DNA of 64,000 nt, taken from assembly GCA_046538485.1 (NCBI GenBank), contig JBKHIT010000003.1, forward strand, positions 32,001-96,000. The letters run 5' to 3'. Position 1 is the stretch's first letter, and the number at the start of each line of letters is the position of its first letter. Both the position numbers and the translations under genes were made by a program. The notes under the pieces are model-generated. The model ran no database searches and was not told the origin of the DNA. It saw only the letters and a list, made by a program, of their open reading frames with translations. Below are positions 9,185 through 19,967 of the stretch, one piece after another. Origin of the DNA: Candidatus Brocadiia bacterium. GTDB lineage: Bacteria; Planctomycetota; Brocadiia; SM23-32.

Positions 9185-11029
9185 GTGAGGCACGTGTTTC
9201 GAATCCGTATTTGCATTCTTGTTTGTATGTTCCTGCTCGGGGGGGGTGTTTTATTGGCTCGTCTCGGGCAGATGCAAATTGCATGGCACGAGGAGTTTTC
9301 GCCCGAACAGCAGTTGCCCTCAACGCAGGGTCGCCCTCTGCCAACTGTCCGTGGGACAATTTACAGCGCAGATGGGGTTGAACTCGCCTATGACAGACCA
9401 TGTTTCGATCTATCCATCCACTATTCTGAACTGGAGAAAGAAGAATGGATTGACACTGTGGTCGGTTTGATGGAAGTTAACCGGGGAAATTTGAGGAAAC
9501 GAGCCCAATCTATCATCAAACGGGTCGAACGCATTTGGCGCGGAGTGAAGGAACATACCGGGTTAGAAAACCTTCGCATCGTTGAACAGGAGCAATACCA
9601 CCCGGTCGTAAAAGATATCCCCGCTGATGTGGCGGCGGCCGTGAAGGCTTTTCCAGAACGGTTTCCGAAACTTAGTGTTATTTGCCGGGCAAAACGGGTA
9701 TACAGCGAGAAATCGCTGGCCCCTCAGGTCGTCGGCCGGTGCGCCCCAATCTCTGCCGAAAAGTGGCGCGAGTTGAAAGCTGGTGGGAATATATGGACAA
9801 CGGAAATGCCGATTGCCAAAATCGGAAAACGGTACCGCCAGGACGATAGAATTGGGGTGAGCGGGTTGGAAAAATTCTATGAATCCGTCCTGCGCGGCCG
9901 ACGCGGCTACGTCGAGGAAGAGATCTATTTCCGGCCCCTCACTGTGGAAAGAAGAGAAAATGAGATCTCCCCGGAACCGGGCTACAATATTTACCTTACC
10001 CTGCGGGCGGATTTTCAACAGATCGTTAATGATAGCCTTCGGTGGGCCTCTGAGCAACCTCAGCTTGCTTTCAAGAGCGGCGCGCTGGTAATCGTTGGAG
10101 TAAAAACGGGGGCTCTTCTCGCCGCAGGCACATATCCCAGTTGCGATCGGGAACAGTACCGAAAACATTTTAAATCGCTTGTCCAGGCCGAATTTAGTCC
10201 GCTGCTTTTTCGCCCGACCCAAAGCGCGATACCTACTGGTTCCGTCTACAAACCTATCACAGCGATTGCTGGATTGGAAGAGGGGGAAATAACCCTTGCC
10301 ACCAGTTTCCGATGTGAGGGGCGCAAACGCTTCCATGGACGCTGGTTCCACTGTACGGGCTTTCACCGAGATATCGGTCTTTTGAAGGCCATTGAACGTT
10401 CATGCAATATCTACTTCTATGAAGTGGCCAAACGTCTGAAGGGAGAAAAACTGGCCAGCTGGGGCAAGTCTTTTGGCCTAGGACAAAATACGGGCATAGA
10501 TCTGCCATATGAACGGAGTGGTAATCTTCCTACACCGCAGACTCTTTTCGGTCGTTTGAACCTCGCGATAGGTCAGGGCAAGATTCTCTGTACCCCACTT
10601 CAGGTCGCCCGAGTCTACGCGACCATAGCGAATGGTGGAGTTTTAATTCAGCCCCATCTGCTTGACCGTGTTACCGGACCAGAGGGCGAGCTCGTTCGCT
10701 ATTTTGAGCCTGATATGAAAACCATTGACGTGAAAGCTGAGACTATGAAGGCTGTGAAACGGGGAATGTATCGAGTGACGAGTTCGACCGGGACCGCGCG
10801 TCATGCGGACCTGAGGCCATTTGGGGTCGCAGGAAAAACCGGCACAGCCGAGATCGGGATTGAGGGCATCAATCACGCGTGGTTCGCGGGATTTGCACCT
10901 TACGAAGATCCAAAAATTGCCTTTGCCGTGGTCAGTGAGCGTAATCCGGGACACGGAGGTAGCCACGCCGCTCCTATTATTCGGCGGGTCCTGGAGAAGA
11001 TCTGGCCTTCTGTTAAAAAAATGCCTTGA
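9185..11029 (+). CDS. mrdA: Class B penicillin-binding protein (PBP2-like transpeptidase)
   Basis: N-terminal TM, RGTIY, GVSGLEKFYE, SxxK (SVYK), SxN (SCN), KTG, HAWFAGFAP. Confidence 0.85.
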   Translation: MRHVFRIRICILVCMFLLGGGVLLARLGQMQIAWHEEFSPEQQLPSTQGRPLPTVRGTIYSADGVELAYDRPCFDLSIHYSELEKEEWIDTVVGLMEVNRGNLRKRAQSIIKRVERIWRGVKEHTGLENLRIVEQEQYHPVVKDIPADVAAAVKAFPERFPKLSVICRAKRVYSEKSLAPQVVGRCAPISAEKWRELKAGGNIWTTEMPIAKIGKRYRQDDRIGVSGLEKFYESVLRGRRGYVEEEIYFRPLTVERRENEISPEPGYNIYLTLRADFQQIVNDSLRWASEQPQLAFKSGALVIVGVKTGALLAAGTYPSCDREQYRKHFKSLVQAEFSPLLFRPTQSAIPTGSVYKPITAIAGLEEGEITLATSFRCEGRKRFHGRWFHCTGFHRDIGLLKAIERSCNIYFYEVAKRLKGEKLASWGKSFGLGQNTGIDLPYERSGNLPTPQTLFGRLNLAIGQGKILCTPLQVARVYATIANGGVLIQPHLLDRVTGPEGELVRYFEPDMKTIDVKAETMKAVKRGMYRVTSSTGTARHADLRPFGVAGKTGTAEIGIEGINHAWFAGFAPYEDPKIAFAVVSERNPGHGGSHAAPIIRRVLEKIWPSVKKMP

Positions 11030-11117
11030 AATCCGGCGATGACATTAGGCGGCCGGTCGGTTAAACTAATATGGATTTTTGCGGAAAAGGACGTCTCCAA
11101 AAAGGGAGGAACGGACA

Positions 11118-11573
11118 ATGCGTGCATTAAAAGTGTGTCTCTGGATTATAGGCGTGTTGTATCTGCTGTCCGTCGTGGGGTTATTTCTTCCGATGAGCAC
11201 TCTTGAGTCGCTCGCGCACGCGGTGGCAGAAGGTGAAATTCCGCAGTCTCCAGCCTTTGCATATGCGGTACGGGTTTTATCCGGCACTTTTGTGCTGATC
11301 GGTATCTTTTACATTATTCTTGCGCGGGAACCTGAACGATACCCTGTTCTTGTGCCGTTCTCCGGCGTAGGTTCGATAGCCATCGGACTTATATCGGGCG
11401 TCGCAGGGGGACTCGGTCAACTACCCATGGCGTGGTTCCTGGTAGATTGCTTATCTCTCTCAGGTTTTGGAGTTCTCATCCTGATTTTCTGGGGGATTTC
11501 CCAGAATAAGTCCCCGGAAGAACCGGAGCCCGTTGTCGATGAAAGCTTCGATGAACCGGACCTGAGTTGTTAA
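11118..11573 (+). CDS. Hypothetical 4-TM membrane protein
   Basis: SD GGAGG before ATG 11118; four hydrophobic segments and an acidic tail. Confidence 0.7.
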   Translation: MRALKVCLWIIGVLYLLSVVGLFLPMSTLESLAHAVAEGEIPQSPAFAYAVRVLSGTFVLIGIFYIILAREPERYPVLVPFSGVGSIAIGLISGVAGGLGQLPMAWFLVDCLSLSGFGVLILIFWGISQNKSPEEPEPVVDESFDEPDLSC

Positions 11574-11639
11574 ACAGGTTTTTACCGGGACCGGTGGGGT
11601 TTCCCGTATCCTGGTGTCATTCAGAAACGGCCAGTTTTT

Positions 11640-13421
11640 CTAACCCGTTGTATCCGTTTTGCCGCCTCTGACCTCGACCAATTCCTGGTCGGCCCACTGG
11701 ATATCTTCGGCACGTAGCTCAACATTGACGCGCCCATTGAAGCTGTTGATTATCGGTTCGAAGGCGAGACAAAAAGGTTCATCGCTTCTTTCCTGAAGAG
11801 GGTTGAGCCAGTCGGCTTTTCTAAAAGCGATGACTTTAAGGGTTGTGTCGTTTTGGCGAACCTTAAAAGATAAATGATTGCGGTGACTTCCCACGAGTTT
11901 AGGATTGCCCACCACTGTGAGATCGGTTGCGGCGAAGAGCGGGTCAGGATTGCCTTTTCCGAAGGGGGCGAGAACTTTGAATTCTTCCACCGCGGGGCGA
12001 GTTAATTGTTGAAGACCAATTTCTCCTTCGAGTTCCAGCTGCGGGACGGGCGGCTCGTCACCGAGTTTCTTCCGGGCCAGAGCGTTCATCTTCTCCCTGA
12101 AGGTATCGAGTTTTTCCAGCGGTAGGGTGAGACCGGCGGCGCCCTCATGGCCACCGAAACGCACCAGAAGCTCTTCGCAGTCGGCAATTGCGTTAAAGAG
12201 ATGAAAGCCAGGTATACTGCGGGCGCTGCCTCGAGCCAGATCTTCTTGTTCGTGGAAGACAAACGTTGGCCGCCAGAAACGTTCGGCCAGCCGTGAGGCG
12301 ACCAACCCCACCACGCCCGGATGCCATTCTTCGCTCGATAGCATGAGGCACCCGATTTGTTCAGGGTTATACTGTGCTTCGACTAACTGCTGAGCTTGTT
12401 CAGTGGCAAGACGCTGGATGCTCTGACGTTTTCTATTTTGTTTCTGCAAATGTTCAGCTATTTCGCTGGCTTCACGCGGGTTATCGGTCACAAACATATC
12501 CACCGCAGCCCGGGCATCGGCGACGCGGCCTGCTGCATTGAGGCGCGGGGCAAGCTGGAAACCTATGTGGTAAGTCGTCAAATTTGATTTGCCGGCAATC
12601 CTTGCTACTTCCATGAGGGCTTGAAGTCCAGGAATTCGTGACTGCGGAAGGATGCGAAGGCCAAAACGGGTGAGTATACGGTTTTCATCGACAAGAGGTA
12701 CGATGTCGGCAACCGTTCCAATTGCCACAAGAGGCAGCATTTCCATCAAATGTTCCCGGTAATCTTCGGGCATGGTTCCCCCGCCGGCGAGACGTTGCCC
12801 AAGAGCCCAGATGAGTTTATATGCGACTCCAACCCCTGCCAGACCTTCGTAACCGAATTCACATTGCCCAAGATGAGGATTGAGTATAGCACGGGCGTTC
12901 GGAAGCTCACCTTTTAGTTCGTGGTGATCTGTGATAATTAGATCGAGACCAAACTCGCTGGCTTTTTTGGCTTCTTTACGTGCTGATATGCCACAATCGA
13001 CGGTCACGACAACATCAGTGCCGCTGGATTTTATCTCCGATAACGCATCGCAGTTGAGACCGTAGCCTTCTTCAAGTCGCCGGGGGATATAATAGTCTAC
13101 TTCAGCGCCCAGGATTTTAAGAGACCGCACTAGAATTGCCGTCGCACAGATACCGTCCGCATCGTAATCACCATAAACGGTGACTTGTTTCCCCTCTTTT
13201 GCGGCGGAAAACAAAAAATCAGCGGCTTCTTTCAAAGCTTCGTGGTCACGGGGATCGTGCAAGTTGTGGAGTGATGGTTCAAGAAAAGCGCGTGCGTCTG
13301 AGAATTCTGTAAGCCCCCGATTCACCAGCAAACGGGCTGTCACTGGAGAGACTCGAAGGCGGTCCTGAAGTTGACGAACCGAGGTGGGCTCCGGGGCCGG
13401 GAATATCCATTTGCGTTCCAT
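11640..13421 (-). CDS. recJ: Single-stranded-DNA-specific exonuclease RecJ
   Basis: YGDYDADG, TVDCG, TDHH, PRLNAAGR, RGSARS, GGHEGAAG, PFGKGNP. Confidence 0.96.
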   Translation of the reverse strand: MERKWIFPAPEPTSVRQLQDRLRVSPVTARLLVNRGLTEFSDARAFLEPSLHNLHDPRDHEALKEAADFLFSAAKEGKQVTVYGDYDADGICATAILVRSLKILGAEVDYYIPRRLEEGYGLNCDALSEIKSSGTDVVVTVDCGISARKEAKKASEFGLDLIITDHHELKGELPNARAILNPHLGQCEFGYEGLAGVGVAYKLIWALGQRLAGGGTMPEDYREHLMEMLPLVAIGTVADIVPLVDENRILTRFGLRILPQSRIPGLQALMEVARIAGKSNLTTYHIGFQLAPRLNAAGRVADARAAVDMFVTDNPREASEIAEHLQKQNRKRQSIQRLATEQAQQLVEAQYNPEQIGCLMLSSEEWHPGVVGLVASRLAERFWRPTFVFHEQEDLARGSARSIPGFHLFNAIADCEELLVRFGGHEGAAGLTLPLEKLDTFREKMNALARKKLGDEPPVPQLELEGEIGLQQLTRPAVEEFKVLAPFGKGNPDPLFAATDLTVVGNPKLVGSHRNHLSFKVRQNDTTLKVIAFRKADWLNPLQERSDEPFCLAFEPIINSFNGRVNVELRAEDIQWADQELVEVRGGKTDTTG

Positions 13422-13957
13422 AGCCTTGTCAGTATAGCGGGCTCACTGTCCTCAGGCAAGGCGCGCCTGAAATCCGTCATGTTGAGCCTGGAAGATGTTG
13501 TCGAGACCGTTGGTGTCGGCCGGGAAGATGCGACATCTCTTTGCCTGTTCGCGGTGTGAACAGCGCCTGTCCCAGCGAACAATGAAATCTCTCTACAATT
13601 ATTGACTGTGTCCATAAATATTTGCTTGGCATCGGCTTCAGAATGCAGGCCTCAAAGCGGGTTATGAATCCAACGTAAGTTGGATGTTGTTTATCTGTTC
13701 TCTGGTGCCCAATCTCGTCGTTCTGCTGATCCAGTAGAGAGACATTACTCCGGAAGGTACGCCGATTTGTAATGATACTTGAATTTGACTGGCTGATGCT
13801 GACGCGCGCCAATGTGGTTCCACGGTAACATGCCAGCGAGAGACGCTTTCCGCCGGAAGGTTTGTCTGTTATAGTGCTGATACAAAGGAGCGAAAATCGT
13901 CTTTTTAATCACCCGGACTGGGCTTTGCGAACCCTCAGATCTTCAGTGAAATATACA

Positions 13958-16270
13958 ATGCCCGCTCATGAGACATCGAAGATCGTTCTGCGAGGATTTT
14001 CCTGGCCCACGTTGTTCCTGCTGATACTTATTTTTTTATGCATCATGATTTTGACCTGGCGTGCCGTAGCACGTGCGGGGAGCCGTGGGGGGGCAGTGGT
14101 TCTTGTTTTGCTCCGCGGAGTGGCACTGGTTGCTTTATGCCTGGCAATTTTGCAACCGGAAATTGTCAGGAGAAAAACTGAGATTCTTCGAAGCGAGATC
14201 ATTGTTCTTCACGATGGTAGCATGAGCATGAATTTGCCTTCGGGGGCGGAGGCGCTCAGCCGTCAGGAAACCGTCCAAAAAGCCTTCGTGGCGCAGCCGG
14301 ATTTCCTGGATAGTATTCGACGCGATTTCAACGTCAAATTTCTGGAATTTGGCGACAAAGTTCTGGAAGGCGGCGAGGAGATGTTGCTTCGAGCCGAGGG
14401 CGGCAAAATGCCCCGAACGGATCTACAAAAGGCTTTAAAAACCGTGCTGGATGATCATGCGAGCGATGCGCTGGAAGGGATAATTCTCGTGAGCGACGGG
14501 GCCGATACGGAATTGAGCTCTTTGCCTCAGCAAAGACATGACACTCTCGATGGAGAGCTTGAAAGACTGGGCATTCCTGTTTTTACTTTGTGTCCCGTGG
14601 ATGGGACCGCCCTTTCGGATATTGCACTCTCCGGAATTCGGTGTTCCCGACTTGCTTTTGTGCGTTCACGATGGAAGGCTGATGTGCAAATTTCCACTGA
14701 GGGACTCTCAAGTGGTCGCTGCCACGTTGTCCTGCGCCGGAGGGGCAATATTGTTGATATTGCACAACTGAATTTGCGCAAAAACAAGACGCGCTATGAG
14801 GTAAGTCTATCCTTCGTGCCCGATAAGACAGGACGGACACTCCTGTCTTTCGAGGTTCAACCGCACCCCGATGAAAAGTATTACGCTAATAACCGCCTGG
14901 GAGTTGTGTTAAATACTGTCAGAGATAAAATACGGGTGTTACAAGTGGGCGGACGGCCGAGCTGGGATGTACGTTTCCTGCGCCGTTTCTTAAAGCAGAT
15001 TCCGACCGTTGATTTAGTTTCTTTTTTCATCCTGCGGGATCAAAGCGATAGACCTGAGCCCAGGGGCTCTGTGCGTGGAAGCTATGTAAATCTCATTCCA
15101 TTTCCAACGGAGGAATTATTTACGCGTGAACTGAGAACATTTGATATCATCATTTTTCAGAATTTCGACTATCGGATTTTTCTCGGCTATCGGGTCGATT
15201 TCCCGAGCTATCTTGAGAACATTTGTGAACATGTACTGAAACGCGGGGCAGGGTTTATTATGATTGGCGGGAATCAAAGCTTTGACCGCGGGCCGTACGC
15301 GGGGACGGGAATAGCACAAATACTCCCCGTCGATTTGAAAAAAGGTCAGGGTGCGATCGATGAACGTTCTTATAAGCCGGTCCTTACCGATTCTGGACAG
15401 AGTCATCCCATTACGAAAATCGAATCAGGAACAGAAGAAAATGATGAAGCGTGGCAACGCGCACCTGAACTGAACGGTTGTCACGTTCTCCCCGAACTCA
15501 GTAAAGACGCCCTGGTGCTGCTGAGACATCCGTTTTTGAAGGGTGAGCAGGAAGGGGTTCCGATTGTAGCCGTGAGAGAGACGGGAGAGGGCCGAACAAT
15601 GGCAATTTTGACGGACGAACTCTGGCGGTGGAGTTTTCGATCTGTTGCTGAGGGAGCTGGGATCAGCATTTACAACCGTTTTTGGCGCAACGCCTTACGG
15701 TGGTTGCTCGGTGAGACGGGCAAGGATAGGGTGGACTTGCAGGTTCAGGATAGGAAAGTTCATGCGGGCCAGGAAATCCGGGGCAAAGTAGAAATCTATG
15801 GTGCAAATTATAAGCCTGAAAAAAATTCACAAGTAGGGGTTAATTTGTTTAACAGCGAAGGGGATAAAAAGTTTGAGAAAAAGCTTGCAACTGACGAAGA
15901 AGGGAAAAGTTTATTCAGTCTTCCCGGGCAGCCCCATGGCGTTTATAAGATTGAAGCGGGTCGCTTATCGGCCGACAAAGCCGAACAAAGTGCGAGCGTT
16001 TATATCTCCGTTGAGACGGATCCACTTGAGACGCGTCATTTGAGTCCTGATGAGAGGTTGCTGGCGTGGATAGCGGAAGAAAGCGGTGGAAAGTTCTATA
16101 ACGTTGCTCGGGAAGATCTCCCGGCAGATTTACCTTTGGATGGAGGGCATGTCGAGAAGATGGTCGCTCGAGAGACCGATCCGCTCTGGAGCAATTGGGT
16201 GATGTATGGCGTGGTGGCCGCGTGTTTGATGTTCGAATGGTGGTTACGGCGCCGGCGCGGCCTGACATGA
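13958..16270 (+). CDS. Membrane protein with vWA-like and glutamine-amidotransferase-like (DUF1355-type) domains
   Basis: N-terminal TMs, MIDAS-like DGSMSM and SDG, Ig-like middle region, GAGFIMIGG, GEGR..WRW, C-terminal EWWLRRRRGL. Start uncertain (13862-13958). Confidence 0.75.
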   Translation: MPAHETSKIVLRGFSWPTLFLLILIFLCIMILTWRAVARAGSRGGAVVLVLLRGVALVALCLAILQPEIVRRKTEILRSEIIVLHDGSMSMNLPSGAEALSRQETVQKAFVAQPDFLDSIRRDFNVKFLEFGDKVLEGGEEMLLRAEGGKMPRTDLQKALKTVLDDHASDALEGIILVSDGADTELSSLPQQRHDTLDGELERLGIPVFTLCPVDGTALSDIALSGIRCSRLAFVRSRWKADVQISTEGLSSGRCHVVLRRRGNIVDIAQLNLRKNKTRYEVSLSFVPDKTGRTLLSFEVQPHPDEKYYANNRLGVVLNTVRDKIRVLQVGGRPSWDVRFLRRFLKQIPTVDLVSFFILRDQSDRPEPRGSVRGSYVNLIPFPTEELFTRELRTFDIIIFQNFDYRIFLGYRVDFPSYLENICEHVLKRGAGFIMIGGNQSFDRGPYAGTGIAQILPVDLKKGQGAIDERSYKPVLTDSGQSHPITKIESGTEENDEAWQRAPELNGCHVLPELSKDALVLLRHPFLKGEQEGVPIVAVRETGEGRTMAILTDELWRWSFRSVAEGAGISIYNRFWRNALRWLLGETGKDRVDLQVQDRKVHAGQEIRGKVEIYGANYKPEKNSQVGVNLFNSEGDKKFEKKLATDEEGKSLFSLPGQPHGVYKIEAGRLSADKAEQSASVYISVETDPLETRHLSPDERLLAWIAEESGGKFYNVAREDLPADLPLDGGHVEKMVARETDPLWSNWVMYGVVAACLMFEWWLRRRRGLT

Positions 16271-16336
16271 CTTTAGTTCAAGGCTGTGCAATTTTTAATA
16301 GATTTACAGGGACGAGGGAGGTTGTACAGCAGGATT

Positions 16337-18487
16337 TCAGCCGGCACCGAATTGGTCTGTGTTGGGATAGGAGGAAGTATTTGCCCGGACGGCCGGGAGA
16401 TAGCAATGAAGGGTGTAATCCATAACCATTCTGTCCGCGTTGAAGCGCCAGGCCAGCGATTTGATAGCTTGTTTTTGTCTTTCGATCCAGCCTCGCGGGA
16501 TACCATTTTTGTCTCGTTTGTAGAAGAGAGGGACCACGGTAGCTTCCAATGATTCGTAGAGTCGTTTGCTATCGAGGCGATCCTGTTCGTCAGGTACGGA
16601 ATGTTCTGTGCCTTCCCCTATGGCAAATCCATTCTGGCCATCGTAAGCTGAGGCCCACCAACCGGCCAGAATAGAGAGGTTTAAGCCGCCGTTTAGGACA
16701 ACTTTTTGTCCGCTTGTCCCACATGCTTCGAGCGGACGGCGAGGGGTATTTAGCCAGACATCGACCCCCTGCACAAGGTGCCGACAAACGTTGATATCGT
16801 AGTCTTCGAGGAAAAGGATTCGCCCTTTAAATCGGGGATCTTCTGAGGTCTGGATTACTTTTTGTATAACTCGTTTGCCGGGATCGTCCGCCGGGTGCGC
16901 TTTGCCAGCGCAAATAATCTGCACTGGGTTATCCTCATCGTTGATAATGGCGTTGAGTCGGTCGAGATCTTCCAGCAAAAGTTCGGGCCGTTTATAAGTG
17001 GCAAAACGCCGGGCAAAGCCAATAGTAAGAATCTCAGGTTCGAGACGGATGTCCGCATGATCAAGGAGGCGAGAAGCGTGTTTTTGCTGGCAGCACTGCC
17101 GACAGGCACAGCGGTGGATGTAGTGCATTAAATGGGCTTTTTGACTTCGATGTAAATCCCATAGTTCTTCGTCATCTATACGGTCTATATCAGCCCACGT
17201 TTCGGGATAACAGAGATGTTTCTCCCAATTTTGCCCCAGATATTGCGAGTAAAGTTGTGCCATTGGAACTGAGATCCAGGAACGAACATGTACACCGTTT
17301 GTAATGTGTTCGATAGGAACCCGGTTTTGGGGTTTTGCTGGCCAGAGGTGGTTCCACATCGCGCGAGCGACGCGCCCGTGTTGAGCGGAGACCGCATTGA
17401 CGCGATGGGACATTCGCATCCCGAGCGTTGTCATGCAGAGCGGCTCGCCATCGTCCTGAGGATTGGATCGACCCAACGCAAGGAATTCATTCGGAGAAAG
17501 TCCCAGTTTGCGTCGCAGCGGCCGAACAGTGCGTTCGACAAGCTCCGGTGGAAATCTGTCATGACCGGCTTCCACGGGAGTATGAGTAGTGAAGACCGAC
17601 GCAGCCGATGCTCTTTCACGAACATCCCTGAAACTCCGTTTTTCGCGTTCCATCATACTCCGCGCAAGTTCCAGTGCTGCGAAAGCACTGTGACCTTCAT
17701 TGAGATGGAGAACGCCAGGTTGAATGCCCAGGGCTTTAAGCGCCCTCAATCCGCCGACTCCGAGAACGAGTTCTTGCCGGATGCGTGTATCGGTGTTTCC
17801 CCCGTAGAGAGTGACTGTCAGATCGCGATCATCCTGATTGTTATCTTGCACGTCGGTATCCAGAAGAAGCAGGCGATTGCGACCGACCCGGGCAGACCAA
17901 ATGGCAATATGGACTCGGGAATCGCCTGTTTCCACTGCGACCTGCAGAGGTTTACCGTCCTTGTCTTTTTCGCGGTCCAGAGGCATATTAGAGACGTCGG
18001 CTTCCGGATATTTTTCCTGTTGCCAGCCCGTTTCGCCCAGCGCCTGATGGAAATAACCCCGGGCGTAAAACAAACCAACGCCGACAATGGGGATGCCCAG
18101 ATCGGAGGCACTTTTTAGATGGTCGCCTGCCAGAACGCCCAACCCACCGGAATACAATGGAAGCGATTCGTGAATGCCGAACTCAGCGCTGAAATAAGCC
18201 ACGGGGCGGGCCCGCAGGGCGCCGGCATGGTAGGCCCCCCACGTTTGAGATTGTTCCAGGTATTCCCGTAAGAGATGGAAAGCGTGATTGATACGAGCCT
18301 CAAGGGCCAGTTCGCTCGCTTTTTCCTCCAACTTCTCAAAGGAAAAACGCGTAAGAAACGCGATGGGATTGTGATTAACTTCCCGCCAGAGAACCGGATC
18401 AATATCCCGAAAAACATCGATAATTTCCGGTTCCCAGGTCCAGAAAAGGTTCCTGGAAAGTTTACGCAATTCTGCGGCGGTATCCAC
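16337..18487 (-). CDS. glgP: Alpha-glucan (glycogen/maltodextrin) phosphorylase
   Basis: YFSAEFG, YSGGLGVLAGDHLKSASDLG, HLNEGH, GFARRFATYKR, EACGTSGQK (PLP lysine). GTG start. Confidence 0.95.
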   Translation of the reverse strand: MDTAAELRKLSRNLFWTWEPEIIDVFRDIDPVLWREVNHNPIAFLTRFSFEKLEEKASELALEARINHAFHLLREYLEQSQTWGAYHAGALRARPVAYFSAEFGIHESLPLYSGGLGVLAGDHLKSASDLGIPIVGVGLFYARGYFHQALGETGWQQEKYPEADVSNMPLDREKDKDGKPLQVAVETGDSRVHIAIWSARVGRNRLLLLDTDVQDNNQDDRDLTVTLYGGNTDTRIRQELVLGVGGLRALKALGIQPGVLHLNEGHSAFAALELARSMMEREKRSFRDVRERASAASVFTTHTPVEAGHDRFPPELVERTVRPLRRKLGLSPNEFLALGRSNPQDDGEPLCMTTLGMRMSHRVNAVSAQHGRVARAMWNHLWPAKPQNRVPIEHITNGVHVRSWISVPMAQLYSQYLGQNWEKHLCYPETWADIDRIDDEELWDLHRSQKAHLMHYIHRCACRQCCQQKHASRLLDHADIRLEPEILTIGFARRFATYKRPELLLEDLDRLNAIINDEDNPVQIICAGKAHPADDPGKRVIQKVIQTSEDPRFKGRILFLEDYDINVCRHLVQGVDVWLNTPRRPLEACGTSGQKVVLNGGLNLSILAGWWASAYDGQNGFAIGEGTEHSVPDEQDRLDSKRLYESLEATVVPLFYKRDKNGIPRGWIERQKQAIKSLAWRFNADRMVMDYTLHCYLPAVRANTSSYPNTDQFGAG

Positions 18488-18691
18488 AGCCCATTTCCTT
18501 CAATCCGGTGTAGTGTTTAAAAATCGAATTTAGCCCCGTTTAGTTACGCGAGTATAGCAAAGCAAGCTTTTGCTCACAAGATCAAGTCATCTATCTTACA
18601 GTGTTGCCCTTGATATGCGAGGGGTCGCAGCCTACACTCTTATGCGAAAGCGAGCTTCGATACAGGAGTTGTTCAAATAGGGGAAGCGTTT

Positions 18692-19165
18692 GTGAAATAT
18701 TGCCCGAAATGCGGAGAGGTTTATCCTGATTCTGCCAGTTTTTGCAAAAGATGCGGCGCGGAACTTGAAGAAGACGGAGGTGTTTTCAGGACCGAACCGG
18801 ACGAGGAAGAAGAAACAATAGCGCTCTGGCAAAGAGGTTTGATTTATTTTTTTGAACTCTTCCCTGGCCTGGCGCGTCCGACCGTTATCCTGGCTGCGGC
18901 GGCCACTTTTGTCCTGGCGGCGGTGGCCATCAGCCTGGGTTTCTTTCTATTGACCCTGCACGTCATATTTGCCTCCTTTGCCATAGGGGCCGGAGGTGTA
19001 ATGCTGTATTGGACGGCTTTGAGCTGGTTGCTATACGGCTATATTTGCCTGCCCGTTGAGGCAATGTCCGAATTCGAGGGTAAACATTGGACCGTTCTTT
19101 TCCTGGCTTCGATACTTCCGGTGACGGCTTTCTTCTGGTATGCAAAAACACAATTGGGGCAGTAG
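18692..19165 (+). CDS. Zinc-ribbon domain membrane protein
   Basis: N-terminal CPKCG..FCKRCG followed by about 3 TM segments. Confidence 0.75.
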   Translation: MKYCPKCGEVYPDSASFCKRCGAELEEDGGVFRTEPDEEEETIALWQRGLIYFFELFPGLARPTVILAAAATFVLAAVAISLGFFLLTLHVIFASFAIGAGGVMLYWTALSWLLYGYICLPVEAMSEFEGKHWTVLFLASILPVTAFFWYAKTQLGQ

Positions 19166-19174
19166 GTTCTGCCA

Positions 19175-19209
19175 TAAAATAAGCGCGCCTTTCGTGTGAA
19201 AGACGCGCT
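19175..19209 (-). terminator. Hairpin between convergent genes, probable intrinsic terminator
   Basis: agcgcgcctttc-gtgt-gaaagacgcgct (one mismatch), preceded on the + strand by an A-rich tract. Confidence 0.6.
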
Positions 19210-19230
19210 GAAGTAATGTTGCCCAAATTT

Positions 19231-19626
19231 TTATTCTGATTTCAGGTTGTCAAAATCGATCACGTTTCCCTGGTTCTGAAGATTCATTTCGCCGGGACGT
19301 ACGATTTTGTTTGAGGATTTTTGGCGGGCCTTTTGTAATTCTTGCTGAACTTGCTGGCGCATTTCCTCAATTTTAGGCTCGGCTTCATCGGCGAATTTGT
19401 TAAATGCTTCTTCGATTGAGCTCGCTTTGATTTCGAAACTAACAGGCAGTTGTTGGACGCCGACAGGGGTTTGCATTCCGAGGGCAACTTGGCCGACAAA
19501 CCGCGAATCACTTTCTTCATCAACAGGCTCCATCATTTCAATCCGTTTGACCGGGAATTTGTTATCTTCTTCGTCTTCTTTCACATATTCTTGACGTTTA
19601 TAGATCATGCCATGCCTTTGTTCCAA
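19231..19626 (-). CDS. Hypothetical cytoplasmic protein
   Basis: Protein-like 131-aa ORF (FVGQ..TPVG..LPVSFEI.A.SIEEAF) with a coiled-coil C-terminus; no competing gene. Confidence 0.7.
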   Translation of the reverse strand: MEQRHGMIYKRQEYVKEDEEDNKFPVKRIEMMEPVDEESDSRFVGQVALGMQTPVGVQQLPVSFEIKASSIEEAFNKFADEAEPKIEEMRQQVQQELQKARQKSSNKIVRPGEMNLQNQGNVIDFDNLKSE

Positions 19627-19967
19627 AAAGAAGAACTTGTCCGAAAACTAGACCATCGACTTTTGCTGACCAAAGATGTGCACGTTGCTCGTTAAAAGGA
19701 TTGATTTTACGAGTAAAAGAAATCCAACCACTCGCATCGATGCAAGGGGTCACTGAGTAGAGGAAGAGAGTTAAGCTACTTTGATGCCACCTGATCTATT
19801 TTACTCTATCGGCCGAAAGATTTAAAACGTAATGCGGTTTTGTTGCGGCCGAGAAAATCTGTGCGTCCATTCCGCTTGTTGCAAAGACAAGGTTTCATTC
19901 GGTATAGTGGATAATTGATTTGTGTTTGCTGTACGCACCGCTGCAAGTATTTCAAAAGGCGGCACTT

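Noticed and set aside
13422..13860. Short ORFs or an ncRNA in the recJ upstream region
   Set aside because: No recognisable protein motif, SD or RNA family signature.
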